The translations under genes and the position numbers were made by a program. This document shows, one piece after another, positions 1 to 13,290 of a DNA stretch of 64,000 bases. The notes beneath the pieces are model-generated. The model had not been told where the DNA came from, made no database searches, and worked only from the letters and a program-made list of their open reading frames with translations. The stretch covers positions 992,001 through 1,056,000 of the forward strand of contig OZ287068.1 in assembly GCA_965645245.1 (NCBI GenBank), in the 5' to 3' direction. Source of the stretch: Massalongia carnosa (taxonomy: Eukaryota). Numbering within the stretch: the stretch's first letter is position 1; every line of letters begins with the position of its first letter.

Positions 1-1113
1 GAATACCTCATTCTTTCTGAAGGATTAAAGGATCAGAGATATCTTTTTTCCAGATCTTCCATTCTCAAGTCCAATTGGGCCGTTCGAGTCCTTCCCACTC
101 TTTCAGATGATCGATATCGAGGCTATTTACGAATGAGTCGTATCTCCGTTCAACGAATAGTTGATTTAATTCGATCCGATTCGGTCTTCCAAAAAAATTC
201 CAATATTCAACAGGCACCGGTCGAAAGTCAACTTCAATGTGCCTTATACAAGCTTGGTCATGATGGTAGCGGAAGCGGGTTTCTTTCAACTGCCACCTTT
301 TGGGGAGTATCCGAGGGACACGTTTTCGATTGTACCAAGCGAGTGGTGGAGGCCTTATGTCGGTTGAGGAATAGCTTCATCAAATGGCCAACTGCAAGAG
401 CTAGGACAAGAGAAAGCTTAGCCAATGATACTCGAGAATCAGGATTTATCGGAGTAGTAGGAAAGGTGGATGGGACGGATATAGTGCTCAGTACCAAACC
501 TGGAGGTCGTTATGACGGCGAATTATTCTTTAATCGAAAGAAAAGATACGCCCTGGATTTATGTGCCCTATGCGATTCCGACAAAAGATTCATTTACTTC
601 CTCAGTGGTTGGCCAAACTCTCAGCACGATCAGAGAATCTTCGCGGCGGGAGATTTGAATAGAAATCCTCATCTTTACTTCTCGGAAGGGCAGTATCTTC
701 TCGGCGACAGTGCCTACACCAATTCTTGCTATTTGGTGACTCCATACAAGGCCCCTCATACCAGAGATGCGAATGTTCGAAAGTTCAATAGAAGACTGTC
801 TCGAATTCGTATTGACATCGAGCACACCTTTGGAAGTTTGAAAGGAAGATGGAAAAGTTTAACCGGGCTGAGACTTCGAATTAGAAACAAAAAAGGTTAC
901 ATCTACGCCATTCGTTGGATTACTGCATGTGTAGTACTGCATAACGTTTTGTTGGACATGCATGATGAATGGGAAGAAGAAGAAGGATGGTGGAGATCAG
1001 AAGAGGAGGCTCATGATGAAGAATTAAAACATTTGGCTACAAGGCAAATGATGGAGGGCATTTTGAAAAGGGAACAGGTAAAAGATCTAGTTCTCAATGA
1101 TATTGGCAGATGA
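1..1113 (+). CDS. Harbinger/HARBI1-type DDE transposase (5'-truncated by window edge)
   Basis: Frame is open from base 1 (EYLILSEG...RGYLRMSR) through the 133-1113 ORF. Motifs: HTH region QLQCALYKLG...FWGVSEGHV, VDGT, WPNSQHD, LLGDSAY, FNRRLSRIRIDIEHTFGSLKGRWKSL, ACVVLHN (DDE triad present). Confidence 0.92.
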   Translation, partial: EYLILSEGLKDQRYLFSRSSILKSNWAVRVLPTLSDDRYRGYLRMSRISVQRIVDLIRSDSVFQKNSNIQQAPVESQLQCALYKLGHDGSGSGFLSTATFWGVSEGHVFDCTKRVVEALCRLRNSFIKWPTARARTRESLANDTRESGFIGVVGKVDGTDIVLSTKPGGRYDGELFFNRKKRYALDLCALCDSDKRFIYFLSGWPNSQHDQRIFAAGDLNRNPHLYFSEGQYLLGDSAYTNSCYLVTPYKAPHTRDANVRKFNRRLSRIRIDIEHTFGSLKGRWKSLTGLRLRIRNKKGYIYAIRWITACVVLHNVLLDMHDEWEEEEGWWRSEEEAHDEELKHLATRQMMEGILKREQVKDLVLNDIGR

Positions 1114-1162
1114 CTATTAAGCAAGATGCATCTCATCTTTGAGACATCAATGAAATAAAATC

Positions 1163-2131
1163 TTATCTCTGGGACGTCTTCTCCAGCTCGATTTGTAGTC
1201 GTCGCATGGTCTCCTCATGTTGCATTTTAGCCATGATAATGGATTCTTCATGCTTCAAAATAATCTCCTGATGATGCTGATCTCGTTGCTTGATTTCTAG
1301 ATCATTATTCCTTTGCAGTCTAGCCTGATCAATCTCGAAATCTTTAGATTTCATGAGTTGAACCTCAATCATTGCATCACCCACGGACTTGTTTTTAGAT
1401 CTTTGCTTACTTAGCTTGGGACGAGACGTCTCGCTGTCGCTGTCCACATTCCAGGGACGTTTAGTGGATGATCCCATCTTCTTGTTAAGGATAGAAGGTT
1501 TTAAATGTTTAACCGTCTTCTTCTTCATCGGACCTTCTTTCAACAAATCCGTTTCGGATTGATTATCTTCATCTGTAGTCTTATCCTTAAGATCAATCTC
1601 GAAGTTATCATCTTCTGAATCATCGTTCAGTTCTTTTCCGCCTGTCATCAATTCTGTAGTAACATCAGGCTGAGTGGACTCTATGAGAAATGGAGGGGTA
1701 ATAGTAGGTAGATCCCCCATGATCTCTTCAAATTCATAGTACCATGCGCATTTCTTCAAGATAACCTCCTTGATTGTCTCCCCGCGAGTGTTGTCGGCGA
1801 CAACATCATGATTGGTAGGATACACTCCCCATCCAGTTGTATCGGCCAGACTCCGCGTCTCTTTGAAAGTCTTTATCATCTGACCGATTTTGTCCCTCGT
1901 CTTTTCCTTTGAGATGTCCGGTCGTTGCAGTCCCAATCCACTTTCTTCCAACAAACGTCTGGATGCCTCCACTTTATTACTCTTTTGATAGGTGTTTAGA
2001 TGAGTAAGGACTCCATCGCCATCTCAAAAGCAAAGCCATTGAACAATCTGCTGAATGTCTTCATCTTTCCATCTGATGTTGGGAGCCTGGCGAGTTCGAA
2101 CGATACGAGTAGGAGGGGGTGTGGACGTCAT
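1163..2131 (-). pseudogene. Harbinger-associated Myb/SANT-like DNA-binding protein with one in-frame TGA
   Basis: ATG at 2131 reads MTSTPPPTRIVRTRQAPNIRWKDEDIQQIVQWLCF*DGDGVLTHLNTYQKSNKVEASRRLL..., in frame with the 1163-1972 ORF (TGWG, KKCAWYYEFEEIMG, acidic linker, C-terminal coiled coil). The only stop is codon 36 at 2024-2026. Confidence 0.75.
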
Positions 2132-2356
2132 CTTTATTTTAGAACTGTTGGGGCTGATTCTGAGAATTTCTATTAACTAGATTTTGAGCCTTGACAAGAA
2201 CACCCTGACAAGAACAGTGGTCAGCTATGAAAGAAGACGAGGTAGTAGTATTCTTACCTTAATTGTACGATTTGTTGATGCCGTTGATCATTTACCTTAT
2301 AATTCTGATGAATGAGGTTAGTGGATTGAAGGATTTATGAGATACAGGTTTATGAG

Positions 2357-2501
2357 ATAATGGTTTATCGGTCGATTTTGACCGATAAACCATTATTCCC
2401 GTGTTCCCGTATTTATAAAAAAAAGGAGTAGAATTAAACCTATATAGGTTTAGTCTGCTTACTAATATTTACGGGAAAACGGGAATAATGGTTTATACCC
2501 C
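2357..2501. repeat. Nested inverted repeats/palindromes at transposon terminus
   Basis: Perfect 17-bp IR 2357-2373/2380-2396; ~26-bp IR with 1 mismatch ~2386-2411/2470-2495; perfect 18-bp palindrome TAAACCTATATAGGTTTA 2435-2452. Confidence 0.9.
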
Positions 2502-2855
2502 TAGTAAAAACAAAGTAGCGCACATGTATTATCATACTTTTTCTTTGTTATTTAATATAATGGAGTTTTTATATGAGCTTTTTTTTAATTGATTCGTTAA
2601 GCGTATGCATTTTAAGGAGATGACGCTGTGACTGCTAGTTTCACATGATTGCATACCTAGATAAGATCTAGATTTGAAGCAGATGTTGCTTTATAAACAA
2701 TCGAAAACGCGAGAGAATGAGTAATTGCCCTCTGAGTCTCCGGAAATAAGGATCATCCAACTAAAACCCGAAGCCGAAGGGGAGTATATATACCTTGTAA
2801 AGGAAACAAGTCGTGCTCTATTACCTTCCATTGGTATAAATATTTGACCGTCACA

Positions 2856-3961
2856 ATGGGATTCTTGACGGATTTCTTCTACAGCCAATTTTTCGTAACG
2901 CCACCCTATCCTACGCAAGACCTTATCAACCAAACAATCGTCGTGACTGGCTCAAATGCGGGGCTAGGACTGGAGGCAGCCCGCCATTTCACTCGCCTCA
3001 ATGCTGAAAAGGTGATCCTGGCTGTACGAACACAGTCTAAGGGCGAGGAAGCCAAGAAGTCGATCGAGGAAAGCACTGGCAAGAAGGGCGTTGTCGAAGT
3101 CTGGCTGCTTGATCTTTCATCGTATGAGTCTGTGGAAGCCTTTGCGGCTCGATTAAACGGACTCCAAAGGCTTGATGCGTTGGTGGAGAACGCAGGGATC
3201 GCGACCTCTACGTATAAAGTGACCGAGGACAACGAGTCGACCATCACCACCAATGTTGTGTCAACCTTCCTTCTGGCGTTGCTCACATTGCCCAAGCTTC
3301 GAGAGACGGCAGCTCGGTTCAATGTGACGCCTCGACTTGCCATTATCAGCTCCGAAATTCATCACCAATCCAACTTGCCAGAAAAGGCAAAACCAAGCAT
3401 CTTTGATACGATCAACGCCAAGGAAACTGCAGACATGGGAGCTAGGTAAGAAAGATCTTCGCCTTCTGCATCAATTGTATCTCTTCCTTTGTATACTCAC
3501 CGCGATTCAGGTACCCTTTATCCAAGCTTCTCGAAATCTTGTACGGCCGCGAGCTTGCCGCCAAGATGACGGAAAACAAGAGAAATAATGTCACCCTTAA
3601 CCTTACTAACCCAGGCTTATGTCAAACATTGATCGTCAGGGAGGGAGGCCTGTCGCTTTGGGCGTTTCGAGTTTTTCAGGCCCTTGTTGCCAGGACTTCG
3701 GAGGTGGGTTCTCGAACATTGGTCGCCGCTGGCTTGGCCGGGCCCGAAACTCACGGCCAATACATATCAGACTGCAAGCCTGTCCCGTAAGCCTTTGTCC
3801 TTGCTATATGAATCCTTTCATTCCACCGGTATACTGACAAGTCTGATAGTCCTTCGCCGTTTGTATTGAGCGAAGAAGGAGCCAAAGCCCAGAAAAGGGT
3901 CTGGAATGAGCTGAACGCAAAGCTAGAAAAGATTCATCCTGGTATTCTAGACAATATATGA
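2856..3961 (+). CDS. Short-chain dehydrogenase/reductase (retinol dehydrogenase-like), 3 exons
   Basis: TGSNAGLG cofactor motif, ENAG, catalytic YPLSK (YxxxK) after splicing. Introns 3446-3510 and 3787-3849; stop TGA 3959-3961. Confidence 0.93.
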
Positions 3962-4366
3962 GCCGGGGCGGACAAAAGATGCTGATCTTGGCCTATCATT
4001 ACATATAATGCATTTTCAAAGTCTCCTATCTTAAAGCCTTAGCTATATGTATCGAGGCACGGGGATCCCGCGAATCCCGCGATATCAAAGCTAACCATGT
4101 TAATGACTGTGATCTAGTGTGAGTGGTAAATAGATGATACTCTGTAAATAATAATAGGTAGATGGGCATAACAAAACGCGTTTTTTTAGGCCATTCCGCG
4201 TGGTAGGGTTATTTTAAGCCACCCCTTACGTGCCCCTCAACAAACTTTATCTTATCTCCGAGCTATCCATTGTCGTTTCATCACCGCACATTCCTCCATT
4301 CCTGTAGGTAGTCAAAGACACTCAGTCCCAACCCCCCTTTCCAAACCCTGCGAAATCTCCTCCAAC

Positions 4367-5049
4367 ATGTTCTTCTCCTCCCCACCGAACTCGCCATCTT
4401 CCACGTCATCCCTCCTCTATACCATCCTCCCCACCGTGGTCCAAACCCACCTACCCCGCTACTCCCCTACCTTTCTCTGCCGCCAGCGCCGGACCAGCCA
4501 CCTTGATACTCCCCCCACACAGCCCTCAAGGAACTGGCTCCCGCCCTTTCGTTCCAGTCTTGAAGACAAAGGTTCTGTTTCTTCCTCCTACTCTGACTTG
4601 GAACCGTCATCGCCGCCGCCGTCACAGACAATGCTATATACCCCACCAGATGAGACCGCGGGCCTAGACTGGAGATATGCGTCTCAAGGTAAACTAGGTC
4701 CTCCCCCCAACCAACCATAGAAACTCACCTACGCACGTTTCCCTCAGCATCCTTAAGCTAAGCCCCTGCATTATAACTAGGCCTAACCCTTCTCTCCAGC
4801 GCCATTGCTGAAGCCCAAGCCGCCGAGCGATCCCCCCGCTCCGCGCCCCTCTCCCGCCAACTTTACATTCACGCCCTAACCTATCTTCTTCAAGGCCTCC
4901 CCCAAGTCCTATTCCCCTCTGAAAAATCCTCCCTCACGACCGCCATTCCCGCCTCCCTCGTCTTGGCATCCCAACCCAACGAGTCACCCCAAGCCCTCCT
5001 GGCCATATCTCATTTATCCCATGTCCCAACCCCCCCGCAAACCCAGCAG

Positions 5050-5080
<31 letters not shown>

Positions 5081-5442
5081 CTTCTTCTTCTTCCACCCCA
5101 TCGCTTCTTCACCGCCTCCTAGCCTCCACCATAACTCATCTGTTCCTGCTCCTCCGCCTCCTACTTCCATACATCACAATCTTCCTCCGCAGCGCCTATC
5201 GGTACGAGCGCACGCACCACGTCTCGGAAAGACTGCTGGTCACCGGTATCGACGTGGTAAACGCGCTCGGGAGGAGAGGCGTAGATGTGATGGGACTCGT
5301 GCTTAAGAGCGGAGATGGGAGGAGGCTGGGGGAGTTTTTGGTGGGCAGACTGAGATGGTGGGTTGATGGGATTTGCGGGGGGGTGCAGGAGGGGGTTGGA
5401 ATTGGGTTGGGACGGATCGAGTATGGAGGTTTAGAACTGTGA
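4367..5442 (+). CDS. Conserved fungal hypothetical protein (Pro/Ser-rich, 2 exons)
   Basis: Intron ~4689-4780 joins LDWRYASQG to LTLLSSA...RQLYIHALTYLLQGLP and continues into the 4963-5442 ORF in frame. Confidence 0.75.
5052..5093 (+). repeat. (TTC)14 microsatellite encoding poly-Ser
   Basis: Perfect trinucleotide run inside the coding exon. Confidence 0.95.
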
Positions 5443-5897
5443 TGTTGGGGGCTTTTGTCGGAGGCTAGACTGAGCACCCGGTAGCGGTGGGGGTCAGTAA
5501 TTTCTCTCGGATATGGGAGTTAGGAGATTTAAAAAGAGCTTATGCAAGGGACATATTCTGTACTTAGATAATATAAAAAAGCGTTCAGGAGATATTATTC
5601 ATTTTGGTAGGTCGATGGGTCAGTAGGTATCCTGATGAAATGTTTTCCTGATAACCCGATAACGAGAGATTCGGTGATGAGAACGCTCTTGCCAACCAGT
5701 TTGGTTAGAATTTGACCCCTCCACCCCTTCTTGCCCTACCCGCCTCTCACCGTTTGCCGCAAGACCTACTTACCTATAAACTATATACGGCCCTTATCAA
5801 CCACTCAACCGCTGAATCCCCAATATCTAAAAGGACGCCCTTCCTTCCCGCCTCGAAACGCATACCGCCTCCCACCCAAAACCCACGCCCCATCCAC

Positions 5898-7378
<1,481 letters not shown>

Positions 7379-7994
7379 TACTCATATGACCGTCTTTGAT
7401 CTGAAAAGGAGATGCCTAGTAGAATCGACGTTGAAGAGAAACATTGCCGGTTTCGACGCCAAGACACAGGAGACTTTATCAAGATGCCGATGGAAATACA
7501 TGGCACATGTGACATTGCTGAAACTGGAAACGGTGCCGAAAGCAAGAGGCAACCAAAGAGTGTAGCAAATGAAAAATGAAAGATGAAATCAATGATTTCA
7601 AACGATATGAATAGTTTCAATCAAATCAAGAAGGAGAACTTGAACGTGGACGGACTTTATCGAAACTTCCCAGATTAGGATCAATCAAATCATTTCGATT
7701 TTCAATTATCGATTCCGAATTCCGACCCGACTCCGCATTCGAGCATCTGGACCCGTATTTCGCTTTCGCTTTTCGCATTTCTCATTTCTCGTTTCTCGTT
7801 CCTCGTTCCTTAACTCTGTACCGGCATCATTTAAAACTCCTTCACCTTAACTTACTTATAACCCAACCCAATTTCCTGAACTTCTTCTTCTACCTCCTCT
7901 TCTACTTCGTCTTCTACTTCTCCCTCGATTGCTCCCGAATCCTGACCGCTACTGCACAGCACAACACGTAGTTCAACTCAATATATAAACCATT

Positions 7995-8772
7995 ATGTCA
8001 ACCTCAGCGCGGCGCCGCCTTATGCGTGACTTCAAGGTAAGCTGATTCGAGGAGAATTTATCACCCTCCAAGCACTCAAAGAAAGGAAAGCGGTTTCGTG
8101 GAACCTTGCCTAGTCTGGACAAAGCATGAAGACAAGGGCTGATCACCCACCATTCTCCGCAGCGAATGCAAACCGATCCTCCTGCCGGCGTTTCTGCCTC
8201 CCCCATCGCCGATAATGTCATGACATGGTACCGATCCCTTCCTTGGCTTTCTAAAACCCCCACCCCCCCCCAGATTCTTGGGAAAACACAAGAAATTAAC
8301 TAACCCTGACCTCATCAAGGAACGCCGTCATCATCGGGCCCGCCGATACTCCGTTCGAAGATGGTACCTTTAGACTGGTCATGCATTTTGAGGAGCAGTA
8401 TCCCACCAAGCCGCCCGGCGTCAAGTTCATCAGCCAGATGTTCCACCCCAACGTCTACGGCACCGGGGAGCTGTGCTTGGATATTTTGCAGAACCGATGG
8501 AGCCCGACGTACGATGTGGCGGCCATTCTGACCAGCATCCAGAGGTGAGTGAACGAAGTCCAGCGCTACCACGTTGGAGTTTCTACTCCAGGCGCGCCGC
8601 ATTTACCCCCGAGTATCAGTAGGTAGACTTATGGGAATGTAACGTTAGCCTCCTCAACGATCCTAATACCTCCTCACCCGCCAACGTGGAGGCGTCAAAC
8701 CTATACAAAGACAACCGAAGGGAATACACCAAGCGGGTCCGTGAGACCGTTGAGAAGAGCTGGGACGATTAA
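7995..8772 (+). CDS. RAD6: Ubiquitin-conjugating enzyme E2 Rad6/Ubc2 (4 exons)
   Basis: [28 protein letters not shown]...[18 protein letters not shown]...[26 protein letters not shown]...SWDD*. Confidence 0.97.
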
Positions 8773-9385
8773 GGGAACGGAGGAAGCTCGGAGAAAGGGT
8801 CTCGACTACAAACAAGGAAGCCCTTGTCCTTTTCTTGTAGCTTTTGATCTCGTTTGCCTCTCGGACATGGCCAGTCAGGAATGCCAATTACCTCATCATA
8901 TGAACACAGCGCAAATCTCATCTACTTCGTCCCCCTTATCGCATAGCAGGTCCCGGGAGGTGGGAGGGCGGAAGCAAAGCTATACCGTTTTAGATGTGCA
9001 AAGCTCTTCTCCAACAAACCTTCCATTTGTTCCATTTGCCTCATAGCGGCGGGGTTCTGGCGCCAGGATAGGGGCCGCCCCGGCGGAGGGCGGGGCTGTA
9101 ACGGCGGCTTTATGATGTAGTTACCCATAACGAGTCGAGAACTAAGTTACCAGCTGTACCGGATTCTTCTTTCATACGGATATCTCTTCGCGCCGTCATA
9201 CGTGGACGGGGGCGTATGGGGCTGCTTTGCTGCAACGAACCTCGATTCGAAACGCTTGGATCCAGCGTTGGTAGACCTTTCATCGCTTTCTACTCACATA
9301 TGCTCGCAATGATAAACTCAGTTCGCCTTCCTCCCAAACACCTTTCCTTTAAAAACATGTGCATAAAAGAACCCCATTTTCCCCA

Positions 9386-10573
9386 CTAAAATAACCGGTC
9401 CATGGCTTTATGCGCAAGCTCTACCCCTAAAAACGTTGCCGCATTCGCCGGCACCGCTCTCGCCAACGCCGGCGCCAACCCAGGGAAAAACGCCCTCAGC
9501 CCCCCGCTTCGATACAGCCCCTTGATGGTGCCTCCGATCGTCGGTCGCCCCTCGGCGCTCTGCAACCGGCTCTTGATCGTATCGATGGGAAAGATCGGAA
9601 TCCACATGGCCACCCCCGCCGCGCCGCCCGCCACCATGACGGCCGTCAAGCTGAGCTTCCCTTCCGCGTCTGTAGGGGTCATTTTGCGCTTGATGTACTC
9701 GTAGGCGGCAAAGTAGGCGGCGCTGCCAGGCCCGTCGCGCGCAAGCGTCATGACGGACCCGCGGAAGACGCTTCGGATGCCGCCCTCACGGTACAGTTGG
9801 CGGACGACGTCGGTGCCGCCGGCGTAGCGGGGTTTTTCGCCGGGCGCGAGTGTCTTTTGGCCTTGGATTTGAAGCAGTACTTTCACCCGCTCGAAGGGAG
9901 CGGTGATGAGGGTCATGGGGATGGCGCTGAAGAAGCCGGCGGTGGCGATTTGGCCGATTGTGAAGGGTCGATTGGGGTCATAATAGGGGGATAAGCGGCG
10001 GACGAGGGACTTGCCGACGTCGTAACCCTGAACGGAGGTTGGTGGGTATTCTTGGGGGTGGGGAAGAAGGGGTTGTGCTTTTAGCACGAGGGAGAGATGG
10101 GGCCATACCCAAAAGCTGACGGCAACTGGAGGAGAGGATTAGCTGAGACACTCACCAGCTTTGCTTGCCAAGAGAGTGCTTACACATTGGCGTCACACCC
10201 ACTAGCGGCGCCGAAACACCCGCATAAAGCCCCTAACTCGCTGCTCTCAGCAACATCGCTCAATCCATACGCCCCCTACACGTGGAGCAAGCAATTACGC
10301 CATATCATTTACCCTCGCCAGTCCCTCCCTCGCAATGGTCCTCTTCACCACATCAAAGGCGCCGTTGTAGACTCCCTTCTCGGCCGTCTGTAATCGAACT
10401 TTGACCAGATCGAACGGGTGGCCGACAACGACTGCGCACACGCCACCCACGCCTCCAGCGGCGAGGGAACGGAGACCTGAGAAGGTAGATTTTGTAGCGG
10501 CGACGACTTCGGTCTTGACTTCGTCTTTGGAGGGGAGGGTGGGGTTTGAAGAGGACGAAGATGAGGCAGGCAT
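9386..10573 (-). CDS. CRC1: Mitochondrial carnitine/acylcarnitine carrier (SLC25)
   Basis: Three PxD/ExxK signatures (HPFDLVKVRLQ, APFERVKVLLQ, FPIDTIKSRLQ); GVSAPLVGVTPMFAVSFWG assembled through a 17-nt exon; RAVPANAATF. Confidence 0.92.
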
Positions 10574-11370
10574 GGTGGAAGAAAACTTTGGGGGGGGTTA
10601 TGGAAGGTGGAGGAGAGGAATTTAGTAATGGGTAGAAAAGTGGGTGAGGGTTCGCTTTTCATATGATGCAACTTTGCATTTCGTTTACAAGGGCCACGAG
10701 GAACGGGCCGAGGTTCCTTTTGTCCGATTGCAGAAGCCCTAAGCCCTAAGCTGTTTACATAAGCAACTTAGGGCAAAGACTCGACATCATCAAAAAATGG
10801 TTTTCATCTTTCATCTTTCATCTTTCCACTTTCCATTTCCACTTTCCATTGTGCAGCATTTGAAGCTTTGGCACGCATCTTCTTATATCAGGCAGATAGG
10901 GATACAGCATTTCCACCGAATCTCTCCAGCTGGGCTACTTGTTTTCAGGGTTTCCGCGGGCGGATGATAAATAACACAGATATTCAAATAGATGACTCGA
11001 TCAGTAACTTGGCAAAATGAATGCTGGGCATTCTTCAAGCGTCTAAGAAATTTCCAAGTTATGTCCAACGGCCGTTTAAAAGGAAAAGAAGGACAAAGAG
11101 AACAATATGTTCGCAAGCATTTCGTTTTCTCTCATTATGTTGTTTTCAAGCCTTTGAAGCCAAAAGACATATCCTGTTGCATGTTTGAGTTTACTTGGTA
11201 GAGTAAAAGCAAGACAGCTCAATATAGGTGACTATGGCAATACTTCTTTCATTGCAGGGTATGTTTCACTGCTTTGATCCTTCACCTCAAACAACGCAGA
11301 AACGTATAATTCGTGATGGCGATATATATACATCAACTATAGGTACTGCAAGATGGAACCAGCTAATGAA

Positions 11371-12534
11371 TCACACAGCCCAACTTAAGAAGACCCAAAA
11401 TCCAACTCCAGTCCATCCAAACAGCAGTACAAGTATCCCCAACACCACCCCAGTCCCAATCCTCCCATTAGCGCTTGTGGGAGCCATCTGGCTGGTTCTC
11501 CAATGGCACAAACAATGAGGACCTCCCTCAATCCCTAGGAAGATCCATAGCAGAGTAGCCAGCAGAGCCAAAATCAACACTGCCAATACCGCAAACCCAA
11601 TTTTTCCCACCGACCAATCCTCCACCAACTCCAATGCAACTCTTTCCTCCCTCTCCCCTGACTCTTCTACAGAAGAAGTCTGAGGCAACCTCGCAATCCA
11701 CTCAACCCAATCATGCTTCCCCCTGCCCAGCTTCGGCTGCAGGTACAGATCTAATAATCTCGTTTCTGCGAAATCGTCCTCATCCCTTTGAACGGGGTAC
11801 GTCTTCCTCCGCGTCGCGTTATCCTTCTTCGTCAACTGCGATGTTTCCGCATACGACAGAAAGCCAAGGTCTCGCACGTTCCTCGCGCTGACAAAGTCCG
11901 CAAGGATACCGCGTAATTTGCGATACTCAACCCGGACCAGCCGGAAGAGCTGCTCATCATCGAAATTGCGGAACTTCGCCGGAATGATCGCGTTTTTCCC
12001 GTGGTTTGCACTCGCAGCTTCAAGCGCGCTTTTTTGCGTTCTTGGAAACACTACCCTCGCTATCCCAGGCGCGCGACGGCGGCGACTATATAGCAATATT
12101 GGCAATACGCCCCCCTCCCATTCTCTCATTTGGTGCTCAACCATAGCTGTGTCCTTCTCGATGGGTCTATTGTCCCTCATTGGAAGAGGCGTACTGATGA
12201 CGCTCCGTCTCCAGAAGCGGGGCGCTGGCTTGTACGCTGCGGGCTTACGGGCTTGTTGGTTGGTAGAGGTGTTGGCGGGAGGGTGGATGAGGAGGGAGGG
12301 CGGGTGATCAGTCCGGCTTACGGACCGCTCCGTATTTTCGGAAAGAGAAGATTGGGTGCGTTCCGTCATCGGCGAAGGCGCGAGCCGCCGAGGCGGTGTG
12401 GCTTCGGGCGATGGCTCAGTGACGGGCTCGGGCTCTGACTTAAGGGCAGGCTTAGGCTCGGAGCCAGCCGTGCGAGAAGAGGACACTTTCTTCCTCGAGC
12501 CGGGGCTAAAACCAAGGTGGTGAGCTTGTAGCAT
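11371..12534 (-). CDS. Hypothetical membrane protein with two C-terminal TM helices
   Basis: 387-aa ORF: disordered N-terminus, FDDEQLFR...YRKLRG core, ALELVEDWS followed by two hydrophobic segments. Confidence 0.7.
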   Translation of the reverse strand: MLQAHHLGFSPGSRKKVSSSRTAGSEPKPALKSEPEPVTEPSPEATPPRRLAPSPMTERTQSSLSENTERSVSRTDHPPSLLIHPPANTSTNQQARKPAAYKPAPRFWRRSVISTPLPMRDNRPIEKDTAMVEHQMREWEGGVLPILLYSRRRRAPGIARVVFPRTQKSALEAASANHGKNAIIPAKFRNFDDEQLFRLVRVEYRKLRGILADFVSARNVRDLGFLSYAETSQLTKKDNATRRKTYPVQRDEDDFAETRLLDLYLQPKLGRGKHDWVEWIARLPQTSSVEESGEREERVALELVEDWSVGKIGFAVLAVLILALLATLLWIFLGIEGGPHCLCHWRTSQMAPTSANGRIGTGVVLGILVLLFGWTGVGFWVFLSWAV

Positions 12535-13290
12535 CTTGCTCGGAAGGGTGGTGAAGAATCCCTCCGGTGGTACGTATGTAAATATTTAGATAATGACGAA
12601 TAACACCTCACTCCTCAAGTTCTGAGAAGTCTTTCAACAAGTCAGGCAGAAACCCAGGGTTGAAGGGTTCTGCTACGATTCGCAAGGGTTGATGGATTAA
12701 TGCGGAAGGAAGGAAGAAAAAATCGGAAAGGGGGCAAGGGAGAGGATAAATGCGTAGAGCTTATCATCGTTATCATCATCTATCTTCTCCACAAGCAAGA
12801 CCAGAGAGCAGCGAAAGAAAGGAGCCGAGAACAAAGAACCGCGCCCCTGGCTGTCGCGAAAATTTTAAATTCCTACCCCAGAAATCTGTGACCGTTTTCG
12901 ACGACCGGTTGCAGACAAAAAAACAAAAAGGGGGAGGAGGGAGCGGGAAAGGGGGGGCCGCAAACGTCTACTTTCCCTTTTCGTATTATTAAAGGGGAAG
13001 GAATGGAAGGAATGGAATGAATGCATACGGACGAAATAAGAACTTGAGTTGGGGTTCTGGAGGAAATGGAAATGCATAGGTAACTTGGCGAAACTCAACC
13101 GAACAGAAAAAAGGTAATTTAGGATGAGGGTCCAGATAGATAGATAGAACTAGAATACCCTGGGAAAATCGGAGTGCGAAGGAGGGAACGTTTGCTCGTT
13201 TGACTGTTATAGGTCCGTGTCAATTTACGAGTATATAATTCTTCTGAATATATGGATTTCCCAAATAGTGCGTGGAGCCAACATCCCCTC

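Larger units (their letters stand above)
1..2501. mobile_element. PIF/Harbinger-superfamily DNA transposon (left end outside window)
   Basis: Two convergent intronless ORFs (DDE transposase on +, Myb/SANT-like on -), followed by a palindrome-rich, AT-rich end finishing ...GGTTTATACCCC|TAG at ~2501. This is the canonical two-gene Harbinger layout. Confidence 0.88.

Noticed and set aside
4934..5170. Poly-Lys ORF on the minus strand
   Set aside because: It is the reverse complement of the (TTC)14 poly-Ser tract.
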